64,000 nt of DNA from Alphaproteobacteria bacterium (lineage in GTDB: Bacteria > Pseudomonadota > Alphaproteobacteria > UBA828). Location of the stretch: the NCBI GenBank assembly GCA_965214705.1, contig OZ243972.1:288001-352000 (forward strand). Reading direction: 5' to 3'. Made by a program: the position numbers and the translations under genes. Each line of letters opens with the position of its first letter. The stretch's first letter is position 1. Of this stretch, positions 40,631 to 51,511 are shown piece by piece. The notes beneath the pieces are model-generated. The model was not told where the DNA came from, did not search any database, and was given only the letters and a program-made list of their open reading frames with translations.

Positions 40631-41458
40631 GTCCTGTCCTCATAATCGTGGGGTCATCCTACCGCGCCGATGGCCGGGTTGTGTACCGCGTTCCGGCCAG
40701 GCAGCTGCCGCCGAATGCCGAGCGGGATGGGAGTAGTCCGCGGCACCGGACTGCCTACGATTCGCGTTCGGGAGATTCTGCGCCGAGGGTCTCGGATAGC
40801 GCAAGTCTCGCATCCTCCACGGCGATGACAACCAGTCGTCCTCGCCAAGCTTGGCAAGCTCGTCGCACTTCCGGAAACGCCAGCAGGTGGACGCGGCGGA
40901 TGGTGCCCTCGTTCAGGTCGGCCAGTTCCGTCGCGGCGGACCGGATCGGTGACGTATAGATTTGGGTCGCGTGCTTCGGACAGACCGGCCGGATGCGGTT
41001 CGTTGTCCGGCTCCGGCAATAGGGTGGAGATGAACTGCGGGATTTCGTTGACCTCGTGCTGACGATCACCCGCGATCAGGTCGCGCTCGCGGATGCGGGC
41101 GGATCGGAAGTGTGCCCCCGGGCCTCATGAAGCGCCGTCCCGAGTAGCTGCGGTGAAGGGCGGAATTGATTTCGGACTGTCTGGGTGCGGGACATCGGTG
41201 CAAATTCTCATTTGCGGCGCTGCGCACGGTAGCGCACTTATGTCGTCAATTGTTTGAAATCATTAGAATAAATGCGTTGCAACCTGCGATGGATCGCATT
41301 ACCTTCCGGCCGAATCCGGGCCGGGAAGGCAGTGAATTCCATGATGACGGTGGTTCTGCAACGAGGCGCAGAGACCGCAGCGACGGCGATGCGGCGGTGG
41401 ACGCGGTCCGTGCCGTCGGTAGCGGAACCGAGCGCGGTTGCGCGCCGGGGAGCACACC

Positions 41459-42256
41459 ATGCCAGACCGGGATAGGTGGCTCGTCCAGCTCCTCGTCGCG
41501 GCGATCTTCGTTGCAGGGATGGCGGTTCTGGTCACCGCCACCGCGCTGGTGCTCGGCACCACCGGCCATGAGTGGTACGCCGCATGGAAACTGACGCTGG
41601 TCGAGGCGATGCTCGGCGTCGGCTTCGACCAGTACGGGACGGTCGAATACCGAACGGCGGAGGGCGCGACCGTGACGGTCGAGCGCTACCGTCTCGCCTA
41701 TGCCATGGTTGAGCCGTGGCGGGCTCGCGACCACATCCTGTCGCTGATCGCTGACCGTGGCGTTCTGGGCGCTTGGACGGGCCTCGCTGTGTGCGTGCCG
41801 TGGCTGGGGGTCCGGGCGGCGATGTTCTCGCGGCGGTTCGGATCTGGGCGCGGCGCGGTCGTCGAGCCGGCGCCGCGGACCGGACCCGGATTCGCCGGCC
41901 GGATGCAGGACCCGGATTCGTGGAGCGACGGCGAGCTGATCGGGGCGCTTGTCCGGCGGAGCGGAGGGTTCGGGGTCCTGCTGGTGCCGGCGGCCGAGGT
42001 CGAGCGGCTGGCGGGCGGCCATGGCCAAACCAAAGGACAGCCCGCGAGGCCACCGGAAGCGCTATCGCCGTCGCCCGCGCCCGTCCTGCCCCCGTCCGGC
42101 GGCGCGGAGCAGGCCGGTGCCAAGGCAGGTAGGACCGTACAGCCGGTGGCTGCCGGAACGGTTGAGCGCCCGGGCAAGACGAACGCGGACAACCCAGGGA
42201 ATAGCAGGGCGGTCGCGGGCAGGAAGAAGTCTGGCAACCGCGAGCGCCGATTCTGA
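41459..42256 (+). CDS. Membrane protein resembling the N-terminus of a type IV coupling protein, no ATPase domain
   Basis: Two hydrophobic segments, TGATG-coupled to the relaxase; no Walker motifs; low-complexity tail. Confidence 0.5.
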   Translation: MPDRDRWLVQLLVAAIFVAGMAVLVTATALVLGTTGHEWYAAWKLTLVEAMLGVGFDQYGTVEYRTAEGATVTVERYRLAYAMVEPWRARDHILSLIADRGVLGAWTGLAVCVPWLGVRAAMFSRRFGSGRGAVVEPAPRTGPGFAGRMQDPDSWSDGELIGALVRRSGGFGVLLVPAAEVERLAGGHGQTKGQPARPPEALSPSPAPVLPPSGGAEQAGAKAGRTVQPVAAGTVERPGKTNADNPGNSRAVAGRKKSGNRERRF

Positions 42257-45234
42257 TGGTTGCCTCGATCGGCGCGGTGGCAAGCCCATCGCAAGGGGCG
42301 AGCTACTACGAGAGGGACGGATACTATGCGAAAGACGATCCCGAACATCGCGAGGCGAGCGCCTGGGCGGGAAAAGGCGCGTCCGAACTCGGACTCGAAG
42401 GACCGGTCGATCCGGACACCTTCAAGGCGGTGCTGGATGGCGAGGTGCCAGACGGGTCCGGGCGGAAGCTCGGGCGCAAGACCCGGGACGGCGATATCCA
42501 GCACCGTCCCGGACGCGATCTCACCTTCTCCGCGCCCAAGTCCGTCTCTCTCGCCGCGCTGATCGGCGGCGACGAACGCATCGTCGAGGCGCACGACCGG
42601 GCGGTCGGGCGCACGCTCGGATGGTTCCAGAAGAACGCCGCCGAGACCCGGATGCAAGATCCGGCGACCGGGCGCATGGTGCGCACCGGCGGCCAGAAGA
42701 CGGTAATCGCCACCTTCAGGCATGACACCTCCCGGAACCTCGATCCGGCGCTGCACACCCATTCGGTGATCGCCAACATGCTGCAGGGCGCCAACGGCAA
42801 GTGGCGGACCATGGCGAACGAGAGTCTCTACGCCTCGAAAATGCTGCTAGGGGCTATGTACCGGAGCGAGCTCGCGGGCGAGCTTGCAAAGCTCGGCTAT
42901 TCCATCGAGAAGACCCACGCGGACGGGCGCTTCGAGGTCGCAGGGGTATCCAGACACATTATAGATGCGTTCTCCACACGCCGGGCCGAGATCGAGGCGG
43001 CGATGGCCGAGCGCGGCCTCGGCGAGACGGCCGGGAACCAGCATCTCGCCCGGCGCGCGGCGCTGATGACGCGCGCGCACAAGCGGGAGGTCGACAAGGA
43101 GGCGCTGCGCGGGACCTGGGAGAAGCAGGCCGGGGAGCTTGGCTTCGACGCGAAGGCGCTCGCCGCATCGGCGATGGAACGGAGCCGGGACGCGGCCGGC
43201 AAGGGCCGCACCGGGGCGAGGGGACCGGGCAAGGACGGTCTACCCGGTGCGGCGCGCCAGACGGACCTGTTCGAGCATGCGGCGCAGGCGGACCACCCCG
43301 CACGCGAGGCCGTGGACTGGGCGCTCGCGCATCTCTCCGAGCGCGACGCGGTGTTCGCCTCGACCGACCTGCTCGCGGCCGCCCTCGCCTACAGCCCCGG
43401 CGCGGCCCCGGTCGGGGCCATCGAGCGGGCCGTGAATGATCTGAAGCGCGAGGGCCTGTTGCACGACGCGCCACTGCTCGAAGGCGGCGGCGGGCTCACC
43501 ACCGACAAGGTCATCGCTGGGGAACGGGAAACGATCGCGCTGATGCGCGGCGGCGCGGGCCGGGGCAAGGCGCCGATGCGCGGTTGGATGGTCGACCGGC
43601 ACCTGCGCAAGGGACCGCTCACGGCCGGACAGCAACAGGCGGTGAAGCTGATCCTCTCGGAGAAGGACCGCACCGTCGGAGTGCAGGGCTATGCCGGCAC
43701 CGGCAAGACGCGGATGCTCAACCGTGCCCGCGCGCTCGCGGAGAAGAAGGGCTGGCACATGGTGGGGCTCGCTCCCTCGGCCTCGGCGGTGCAGACATTG
43801 GCCGCGGAGTCCGGCATCGAGAGCGAGACGCTTCAGCGGTTCCTCGCACGGAACGCGGGCGTCGTCGAGGGCAGACTCACCAGGAAAGGCGCGCGGGAGA
43901 TGCGCGCCGCGTTTGCGAAGACCGTGCTGGTGGTCGACGAGGGTTCGCTGGCCTCCACCGTCCAGGCCCGGGATCTGCTCAGGATCGCGGGCGAGCTTCG
44001 CATCCCGAAGCTGGTGCTGGTCGGCGATGCGAAGCAGCTCGATGCCGTGGACGCGGGTAAGCCCTTCGCCCAACTTCAGCAGGCGGGCATGAAGACCGCG
44101 GTGATGGACGAGATCATGCGCCAGCGCAATCCGGACCTGAAGGCTGCGGTCGAGGCGAGCCTCGCGGGCGAGATCGGCAGGGCGTTCGAGAAGCTCGGCT
44201 CCAACGTCGCCGAGGTGAACCCCGATAACATCGCTGGCGCGGTCGCCGCGCGCTGGCTCGCCCTCTCCAAAGAAGAGCGCGAGCGCACCGGGGTGGTGGC
44301 CCCGAGCCACGAACTGCGCGAGGGGATCAACGCGCACATCCGCGAACGCCTCGCCCGCGAAGGACGGATAGTCGGGCCGACTCTCGAAACACAGCGCCTG
44401 GTCTCCAAGGGCTACACCAACGCGGAGAAGGCGCTGGCGGCGAACTACGCCCCCGGAGACGTGGTCGCGTTCCACCGCGCCTACAAGCGTCTCGGCGTCG
44501 AGAAGGGCGACGAGCGCCGCGTCATGGGCGTCGATCACGGGAAGAGGACCGTCCAGCTCGAAGGCCCGGACGGCTCGACCGTCGACTGGAAGCCATCGCA
44601 GATCGGCGGACGCAGGGGCGGCACGGAGGCCTACCGCGCCGAAACCATCGAGCTTCGCGCGGGCGACCGCATCCGCTGGACGCGGAACGACGCGGGGTTG
44701 AAGCTCGTGAACAGCGCCACCGCCGAGGTCGCCGGTGTCCGGAACGGGCGGGTGACGTTCGGGCTGGAGGACGGCCGGAACCTGACACTGACCCGAGGCG
44801 ATCCCCAGTTCCGTCATCTCGACCATGCCTGGGCCTCGACCGTGCACGCCTTCCAGGGCCGCACGGTGGACAACGTGATCGCCGCGATGGAGGCGAACCA
44901 CCCCCACCTGACGACGGGCAAGTCCTTCTATGTGGAGGTCTCGCGCGCCCGCGACCGGGCGGAGCTCGTCACGGACGACGCGCAGGCGCTGAGGGAACGG
45001 CTCGAGGCGGTGACCGGAGAGCGCATCTCGGCGCTCGAAGGGATCGGCGAATCCGTCCGGCCCGAGCACGGGAAGGACACCAAAGCCTCGCTCGACCGGG
45101 AGCGGAGGGACCGGGAGACCGCCGCGCCGCCGTCGCCGGACAAGGGCATCGAGCACGAGGCCGTGCCCAGCAAGGCCCCGGAGCCCGAGCCTCCGTCCCG
45201 TGGCAAGGTCGTCGAAATGGACATGGGGATGTAA
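42256..45234 (+). CDS. MOBF relaxase-helicase (TrwC/TraI-like)
   Basis: SYY..DGYY tyrosines, DLTFSAPKSVS, HDTSRNLDPALHTH, FSTRR; helicase GYAGTGKT, VDEGS, HAFQG. Confidence 0.95.
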   Translation: MVASIGAVASPSQGASYYERDGYYAKDDPEHREASAWAGKGASELGLEGPVDPDTFKAVLDGEVPDGSGRKLGRKTRDGDIQHRPGRDLTFSAPKSVSLAALIGGDERIVEAHDRAVGRTLGWFQKNAAETRMQDPATGRMVRTGGQKTVIATFRHDTSRNLDPALHTHSVIANMLQGANGKWRTMANESLYASKMLLGAMYRSELAGELAKLGYSIEKTHADGRFEVAGVSRHIIDAFSTRRAEIEAAMAERGLGETAGNQHLARRAALMTRAHKREVDKEALRGTWEKQAGELGFDAKALAASAMERSRDAAGKGRTGARGPGKDGLPGAARQTDLFEHAAQADHPAREAVDWALAHLSERDAVFASTDLLAAALAYSPGAAPVGAIERAVNDLKREGLLHDAPLLEGGGGLTTDKVIAGERETIALMRGGAGRGKAPMRGWMVDRHLRKGPLTAGQQQAVKLILSEKDRTVGVQGYAGTGKTRMLNRARALAEKKGWHMVGLAPSASAVQTLAAESGIESETLQRFLARNAGVVEGRLTRKGAREMRAAFAKTVLVVDEGSLASTVQARDLLRIAGELRIPKLVLVGDAKQLDAVDAGKPFAQLQQAGMKTAVMDEIMRQRNPDLKAAVEASLAGEIGRAFEKLGSNVAEVNPDNIAGAVAARWLALSKEERERTGVVAPSHELREGINAHIRERLAREGRIVGPTLETQRLVSKGYTNAEKALAANYAPGDVVAFHRAYKRLGVEKGDERRVMGVDHGKRTVQLEGPDGSTVDWKPSQIGGRRGGTEAYRAETIELRAGDRIRWTRNDAGLKLVNSATAEVAGVRNGRVTFGLEDGRNLTLTRGDPQFRHLDHAWASTVHAFQGRTVDNVIAAMEANHPHLTTGKSFYVEVSRARDRAELVTDDAQALRERLEAVTGERISALEGIGESVRPEHGKDTKASLDRERRDRETAAPPSPDKGIEHEAVPSKAPEPEPPSRGKVVEMDMGM

Positions 45235-45669
45235 GAACGCCCCCGTGGCCGCCACGTGTCTGTTCTGACCGGCGGCGGAAACACCGGAGCAGCCGTGGAT
45301 CGCTTGTTATAGGCGCTTTATAGGCGCTGCCCCATGAATGGGTGGTTCCGCGTCACTGTTCGGGTCGCTCAGCAAGCCGGCGCACCTGCGTTGTTCCCCG
45401 TTGTTCCGTACAGGGTTGACATCGTCCGTTCGACCCCGCAGAATACATCTTGGAACAACTAGGAACAACGCTGTGATCGAGTTGAGCTACGCCGCTTCGC
45501 ATCCCCCGGCACGGAGGCCAATCTGGACGGATGGCTTTCGCCATGCGCCGCGCGGACCACCACGTCATCGGCCAGGTGTTGGCCAAGAAGTTCGTCCGGA
45601 CCGAACGATCCTTGCAGGTTCGGGCCGGCGGGATTACGGACACATGTTATCGGACTCAGGATCAAGACC

Positions 45670-47973
45670 ATGACTGCAACTATATACACCGCATCGAAAT
45701 CCCGATCGAACCGTCCGGGCTGGTCGGTTAGCTTTCGTCATCCGCTACGCAGTGACGCGAGAGGCAGGCCGGGCCTGAAAATGCGCAGGGGATTGGGTAC
45801 GACGGACGAAGACAAGGCGGATCGGCTTGTCCAGGAAATGAACGTTCTTCTTTCTGATCGTGCATGGTGGAACGCGAACAGGCATGCCGATGCCGAGAAG
45901 CGGTTTTCACAGATCGTCGTCGATGCCTTCTACGACGAGATCCAGGCTGGTCGGGCAGATTCGGAGGCTCTCCGCGAAGAGTCGATACCGCTTCCCGGTC
46001 ACGAGCAAGGCTTTTCCCGGGTTCTGTTCGTCGGAACGACGGGGGCCGGCAAGACCTCGCTACTCAGGCAGCTGATCGACTCTGACCCGGACAGGGACAG
46101 GTTTCCCTCGACGGCTCCGGCAAAGACGACGATAGCTGACATCGAGGTCGTGCAGAACGAGGGTGACTATCGGGCTGCTGTCACGTTCTTCACAGAGTTT
46201 CAGGCTCAGTCGAGTATCGAAGAGTGCATCGTCGATTCGTGCCTGGCCACTCTTGATCGGCAGCCCACTGACAAGGTAGCCGAACGATTCCTAAACCACC
46301 GGGATCAGAAGTTCAGGCTCAGCTACGTACTTGGCGGATGGAATCAAGCTTCCCCGTCGGGTGAAAGCGATGAAGACGAGTTTTCCTTCGACGCCGAAAC
46401 AGAGACAACCGGCGGCGGGCAAGATGACGATGCTGTAACTGTATCCGAGCAATCCGCGAATCGCGAGGCTCTCCGAGGATTTCTTGAACGAATAGATGGA
46501 CTGGTCGCGTCGGCGGAGCAGCGATTGTCGAACGACCTTGGGATTGATCCCGGCGATACGAGCGGCGGCGATCGCGAGGCGGCCAAGCAGCTCATGGAGG
46601 AGAACTTCGAGGAATACGTTGCCGGGGAAGAACTATTCCAGGAGCTAGTCCAGGACGTGCTCGACTGTGTGCGCGCGCGTTTCGATCTGATCACCGAGGG
46701 CAGTCTGGAGCGGTACCGCTCCGGCTGGCCGAAACGCTGGACGTTCGAAACCGCGGAGCGCGGCCAGTTCATTGCTCAAATTCGCTGGTTTTCCAGTAAC
46801 GACTGGCGCCAGTTCGGCCGACTCCTGACGCCGCTTGTTGACGGCATCCGTGTGAGGGGTCCTCTTTTCCCGTCATTCGTCGAGACAGGGCCGCAGCTCG
46901 TCCTGATCGACGGCCAGGGGCTGGGTCATACACCGGATTCCTCGTCCAGCGTAACGACGCACATCACCAGACGGTTCGACCACGTGAACGTGATCCTGTT
47001 GGTGGACAATGCGCAACAGCCGATGCAGGCAGCGCCGCTTTCTGTTCTACGAACGGTCGCCCATAGTGGCCATAGCGAGAAGCTGGCAGTCGCGTTTACG
47101 CACTTCGACCAGATCAAGGGACCGAATCTGCGGACGTTGTCCGACAAGCGCGATCATGTGATGGCATCGGTTCTGAACGCGTTGTCGAATCTGCGCGATG
47201 ATCTCGGAATGTCCTTCGTCAGGAGCATTGAGCACGGAATCGACGCTCGGTGCTTCATGCTTGGCGGGGTCGACCGGAACCTTGGGCGCTTGAGGAGTCG
47301 GGCAGGAGACTACATGCGTGATGCGCTCCGAGCGCTCGTCCAGTTCTGTGAGGACGCCATTTTGCCGCCGGAGCCGCCGGAGGCGAGCCCCGTCTACGAT
47401 CCTTCCGGCATCCCGTTTGCCGTTCGAGAGGCGGTCTCGAACTTCCAGGCGCCCTGGCTTGCCCGCTTGGGACTGGCCTCTCACGAAGGAGTCAGGAAGG
47501 AGCATTGGACGCGGGTGAAGGCGCTGAACCGTCGAATTGCCGGCGAACTGGACGATGAGTACGACACGCTCAAGCCTGTTGCCGACTTGGTTGCTCGACT
47601 GAACGAGGCCGTTTCCCGCTTCCTGGACGTGCCCGTCGGATGGACGCGGGAACCGGCGGACGATCAGGAGCGTCAGGCTGCGATCGCAGGCATACAGAGG
47701 GTTGTGTCGTCTGAAGTACACGAACTGGCGCTTCGGCGTATCGTCGAGCGCCACCTCGCTGACTGGCGCACAGCTTACGATTTGCGTGGTAGAGGCTCGA
47801 CGTTTGTGCGGGCTCGCGCCATTCGCGGAATCTATGACGATGCCGCTCCTTTGCTGGACGCCATTATGCCGCCGCCGTCAAAGCGGTTCCTCGCGGAAAT
47901 TCGGCGTATCGTGGTCAACGCGATCAGGACAGGCGGTGGAGAGGTCAAATCGGATATCACACTGCATAACTAA
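45670..47973 (+). CDS. Large P-loop GTPase (dynamin-like motifs), function unknown
   Basis: G1 GTTGAGKT, G2-like KTT, G3 DGQG, G4-like THFD; long insert between G2 and G3. Confidence 0.75.
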   Translation: MTATIYTASKSRSNRPGWSVSFRHPLRSDARGRPGLKMRRGLGTTDEDKADRLVQEMNVLLSDRAWWNANRHADAEKRFSQIVVDAFYDEIQAGRADSEALREESIPLPGHEQGFSRVLFVGTTGAGKTSLLRQLIDSDPDRDRFPSTAPAKTTIADIEVVQNEGDYRAAVTFFTEFQAQSSIEECIVDSCLATLDRQPTDKVAERFLNHRDQKFRLSYVLGGWNQASPSGESDEDEFSFDAETETTGGGQDDDAVTVSEQSANREALRGFLERIDGLVASAEQRLSNDLGIDPGDTSGGDREAAKQLMEENFEEYVAGEELFQELVQDVLDCVRARFDLITEGSLERYRSGWPKRWTFETAERGQFIAQIRWFSSNDWRQFGRLLTPLVDGIRVRGPLFPSFVETGPQLVLIDGQGLGHTPDSSSSVTTHITRRFDHVNVILLVDNAQQPMQAAPLSVLRTVAHSGHSEKLAVAFTHFDQIKGPNLRTLSDKRDHVMASVLNALSNLRDDLGMSFVRSIEHGIDARCFMLGGVDRNLGRLRSRAGDYMRDALRALVQFCEDAILPPEPPEASPVYDPSGIPFAVREAVSNFQAPWLARLGLASHEGVRKEHWTRVKALNRRIAGELDDEYDTLKPVADLVARLNEAVSRFLDVPVGWTREPADDQERQAAIAGIQRVVSSEVHELALRRIVERHLADWRTAYDLRGRGSTFVRARAIRGIYDDAAPLLDAIMPPPSKRFLAEIRRIVVNAIRTGGGEVKSDITLHN

Positions 47974-48346
47974 CGGAACGACGATTTCAGGCTGGGTGCG
48001 GACGCGGAGCCGCTCAGTCGCCCGGCCCTCGGCTTTCCGCGCGGCTTCGAGATCGCTCGTGTTTGTCGTCGGTTAGGCTCGCAACCGCGCCGTTGACGGG
48101 CCGAAGTCTGGCGTGCAGGGAATCGTCGGGGGTGCATGGCTTGGGTTGATATCGGAGCGATTGTTCACGAGTATCGTAGCACCCAATCCGTGCGGCGATG
48201 AGCCCGCCGTTCGAAGGCGCGATCACGCGGCACGGCGCCAGAAGGAGCGACGTCGGGTCCAGGTCCGGGGTGAGTTTCGTCCCATCGCAGGACCCGGCTT
48301 GCGTCGCCAGGCGGCTGGAGCTTCGCTGAACGATGCCGCGAACGGT

Positions 48347-48721
48347 TCACGCTGGGCCTTCATTCATAGTGTCGGCCATCGCACCGTGGGCCGCGCCGAC
48401 GAGTTCGTCGAAGTCTTCCTGGCTCATCTGCTCCGTGTTGAGCATGGTCAGCATGTGGACGGCGCGGTAAATCGCTTCGATGAGCGCGATGTGTCCGGGC
48501 GACAAAGTGGCTGGCGGATGCTCGCCGAGCCGATCTTCGGCGAGAGCGGGCGCGCCCGAACGGACGAGCTCGCCGGCGGGAACAGCGTGCCGTGCTGCGG
48601 CCTGCTCGATCAGATCCCACTCGGAGTCGGAGAAACGGATGGAGTGAGGGTGGCGCGCACTGCCACGGTTTTCGCCGGACTGGTTGCTCGTTCCGCGAGG
48701 GAATCTATCTTTCCGGGTCAA
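48347..48721 (-). CDS. Ribbon-helix-helix relaxosome accessory-like protein
   Basis: HSIRFSDSEWDLIEQAAARH...GELVR pattern; RBS AGGAAAG. Confidence 0.6.
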   Translation of the reverse strand: MTRKDRFPRGTSNQSGENRGSARHPHSIRFSDSEWDLIEQAAARHAVPAGELVRSGAPALAEDRLGEHPPATLSPGHIALIEAIYRAVHMLTMLNTEQMSQEDFDELVGAAHGAMADTMNEGPA

Positions 48722-49606
48722 CTTTCCTGTTCCCTGTCGCTCGTCATCGGTTACGGGCTTGGCCCATTCCAGTCACGAAAGCCGTCCCGGGCCGCTCGGT
48801 TCCAGCCGAAAATCCCGTGTCCCGTGATGGTTAACCTGCCGGAGTCGGGGCCTCGGAATGGGGGTGTGGCGGCCACGGGCGGGGACCGCAACGCTGGGCC
48901 GAATCGCGGCGGCGCGTCTTGGAAAGGCCGCACTCAAACTGATTGTTCACGGTAACACGCCGTCTTACGCTCGGCAATCGCGTGCAGTCAGAATGAGTGT
49001 TTTCGCGGTCGGGCGCAGGCATGCGCCGACAGGGATGCGAAAGCGGCGTGTATGCGCTGAGACTACACGCGATCCGGCATAGACGAGGCGTTTCATGTCG
49101 TTGAGAGCGCACGGGGATGCAGGTCAGGCGCGCGCTGGGAGTTGAGGGCACCATAGGTGCGTTCCGGTGTGAGAACTGAACGCCGCAGGGCGTAGCGATA
49201 GCCTGGAATCCGAGTGAGAGCGATGAGGGAATCGCCGCCGGCGCAGGATGCGCTCGGGAGCCGCCGCGGCGCTTGAGCGGCGGGCGGTGCGGCCGGAGCC
49301 GCGGGCAGTCGTGCGCAGCACGCTGCCGAAGGCGATGGCGGTGGTGCCCGCACTGGTGCGGCCAGCGGTGGACGACGCAGTGCGGAGCGCGGTGTACGGC
49401 GAAGCCGTCACCGGCGACGCACGGAGTGCCGCGGCGACGAGCCGAGGCGCTGCCCGCAGCCGGCCAGGGCGAGCGAGGCGAGGTCGATGACGAGCGCGGC
49501 GCGCAGCGCCGGCGTGAGGATGACACGGCGGTGAAGACACCAGTGCCGTCGAACCTCGCAGCGAGCGTGTCGGCCCGGCAACGGCGGTGAGCGAAGCGAG
49601 CCGCCG

Positions 49607-49724
49607 GGCAAGCGGAGCGCGCAGCGACCGAAGGGAGCGGAGGCGCGAGGGATACCCGCCCGAAGGGCCGAGACCGCGCAGCGGGCTCGGCAGGGTAGCC
49701 CGGTCGCGAAGCGACGCGCCCAAC
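49607..49724. repeat. ~118-bp non-coding direct repeat, copy 1
   Basis: GGCAAGCGGAGCGCGCAGCGA...GAGCGGAGGCGCGAGGGATACCCGCCCGAAGGG...GCGACGCGCCCAAC; the 90-bp core differs from 51363-51452 at one position. Confidence 0.9.
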
Positions 49725-50055
49725 ACCGTCGAACGGAGACCTGCACACGCATCCATGTTCGGCACCAGCACCAGCATCACGGACACCAGCATCGGTGTTC
49801 GCATCGTTGCCGACGGCGACGGCGATGGCGTTGGTGAGCGTCCGTTGCCGCGAAGCGCAACGACGGCGGGAATACGCTCGCGCTGCCGATGGTGACACGC
49901 CGAGCTCGCGAGGCGGTGCAGGGGAAGAGCGGCGGAGCCGCCGCGGAGCGCGACGCCGCAGGCGGCGGACGCGGCGGGCGGCGAGGCGGTGGTGTCTGAC
50001 CAAAGAGAGAGGGCCGCACCGCCGAGGCGATGCGACCCTGTGGTGGCGATGGCGC

Positions 50056-50982
50056 TCACGCCGCGCAGCGCTGAACCGGGATGCCGAGCGCGACGGCCTT
50101 GTCGACGAGGTTGTCGGTGATGCCCGAGCCCGGGAAGGCGATGACGCCCTTGGGCAGCAGGTTCAGCAGGTCGTCGTTGCGCCGGAACGGAGCCGCGCGG
50201 CCATGGGCGTTCCAGTCGGGCTTGCACACCACCTGATGGACGCCGTTGCGGTCCGCCCACTGGGCTGCGATGCGTTCGACGCCGGGGCCGCCGCCGTGCA
50301 CGAGGACGAGGTCCGCGTACTTCGCCCGCGCCTTGTCGAGGCGTGCGAAGACGGCGTTCGCGTCGGTGACGTCCTTGCCGCCGGCGATGGCGACCAGCGT
50401 GCCCTCGGGCAGGTGGGCCTTCATCTCGCGGTCCTTGCGTGCGCGTAAGAAGTCGCGGGCGTCGATGGCGGCCGAGGTGAGCTTGCCGGTCTGGCTCGTG
50501 TGGCTGCCGTGCCTCGGGCGCCAGGTGTCGCCGGTCTCGCCGCGGTAGGCGTCTGCGGCGGCGTCGCGCAGTTGCTCGAAGGCGTCGCGGCGGTCGCCGA
50601 GGTTGCGCGCCCGGTCGGTCACCAGTTCGAGCTCGCGGGCGTTGATCTCGGTGCCGTCCTGGGCGCGCTGGAGGTCGCGGAGCTGGGGCGCGAGGCGGTC
50701 GACGCCGCGGTCGAGGCGCCGGACCTGGGCGTCGAGGCAGTTGACGAAGCCCCAGAGCAGGCTCTCGCGCTCGTCGGCGAGCTGGAAGCCGTCCGGCGCG
50801 ACGCCTTCGGCGAGGACGCGGAACGCCTCGCTCACCGCGTCGATGGCGTCGTCGCGGTCCCAGACCTCGCGCGGGTCGAACTCGTCGCGCTCGGGGGTTG
50901 CGCCGTAGAGCTGGGCGTTCTCGCAGACGATGGCGGTCGGGGACTGCGCCTGGTGGGTGTCGATGCTGTCGAGGTCGTACAT
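50056..50982 (-). CDS. DUF2493/YspA-SLOG-like protein
   Basis: LVHGGG.G.E.IA..WA, AAPFRRND, IAFPGSGI motifs; RBS AGGAGA; paralog at 63626. Confidence 0.85.
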   Translation of the reverse strand: MYDLDSIDTHQAQSPTAIVCENAQLYGATPERDEFDPREVWDRDDAIDAVSEAFRVLAEGVAPDGFQLADERESLLWGFVNCLDAQVRRLDRGVDRLAPQLRDLQRAQDGTEINARELELVTDRARNLGDRRDAFEQLRDAAADAYRGETGDTWRPRHGSHTSQTGKLTSAAIDARDFLRARKDREMKAHLPEGTLVAIAGGKDVTDANAVFARLDKARAKYADLVLVHGGGPGVERIAAQWADRNGVHQVVCKPDWNAHGRAAPFRRNDDLLNLLPKGVIAFPGSGITDNLVDKAVALGIPVQRCAA

Positions 50983-51335
50983 GAGTGTCTCCTGATTCGA
51001 GAGTGAGTGTTGAGCCTCGCGGCCCGTTGTCGCCGGAAGCGCGTCTCCCGACGTTGGCCTATTGGTTCACGCGCGCGCAGCGCAGCCACCGGGGCCGCAG
51101 GGCATGGCCCATCGGCGTGCGCGAGTGGTGCGGGCGCAGGGAGCGAAGCGACTGAGCCACGGTCGCGCGCGCCGATGGGACTAGGCGCGCCAGCGCCGTT
51201 GCCCTGCGAGTCCCGGCCGGAACGGAGCGAAGCGGAGTGAAGGACCCTGCCGCAGGCAGGGTTGGCGCAGTGAGCACGTGTGGGACAATGGGCCTACGTC
51301 GGGAAGAGAGCTCCCTCCCCTTGCGTGCTTTTCTT

Positions 51336-51452
51336 GGCAAGCGGAGCGCGCAGCGAGCTTGCGAGCGGAGGCGCGAGGGATACCCGCCCGAAGGGCCGAG
51401 ACCGCGCAGCGGGCACGGCAGGGTAGCCCGGTCGCGAAGCGACGCGCCCAAC
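51336..51452. repeat. ~118-bp non-coding direct repeat, copy 2
   Basis: Near-identical to 49607-49724. Confidence 0.9.
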
Positions 51453-51511
51453 CTTCTTCTTGATTGCGGCACCGCCCGCCGCGACTGTCGCGGTGACCGA
51501 ACGCATTTCCG

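Noticed and set aside
40640-41100. Short overlapping minus-strand ORFs
   Set aside because: No motif, paralog or convincing start.
41231-41245. AGCGCACTTATGTCG resembling a MOBQ-type nic site
   Set aside because: The relaxase is MOBF, the match is short and no clear adjacent inverted repeat is seen; kept only as an alternative oriT location.
45308-45328. Tandem TATAGGCGCT repeat after the relaxase
   Set aside because: Only two copies and no supporting context.
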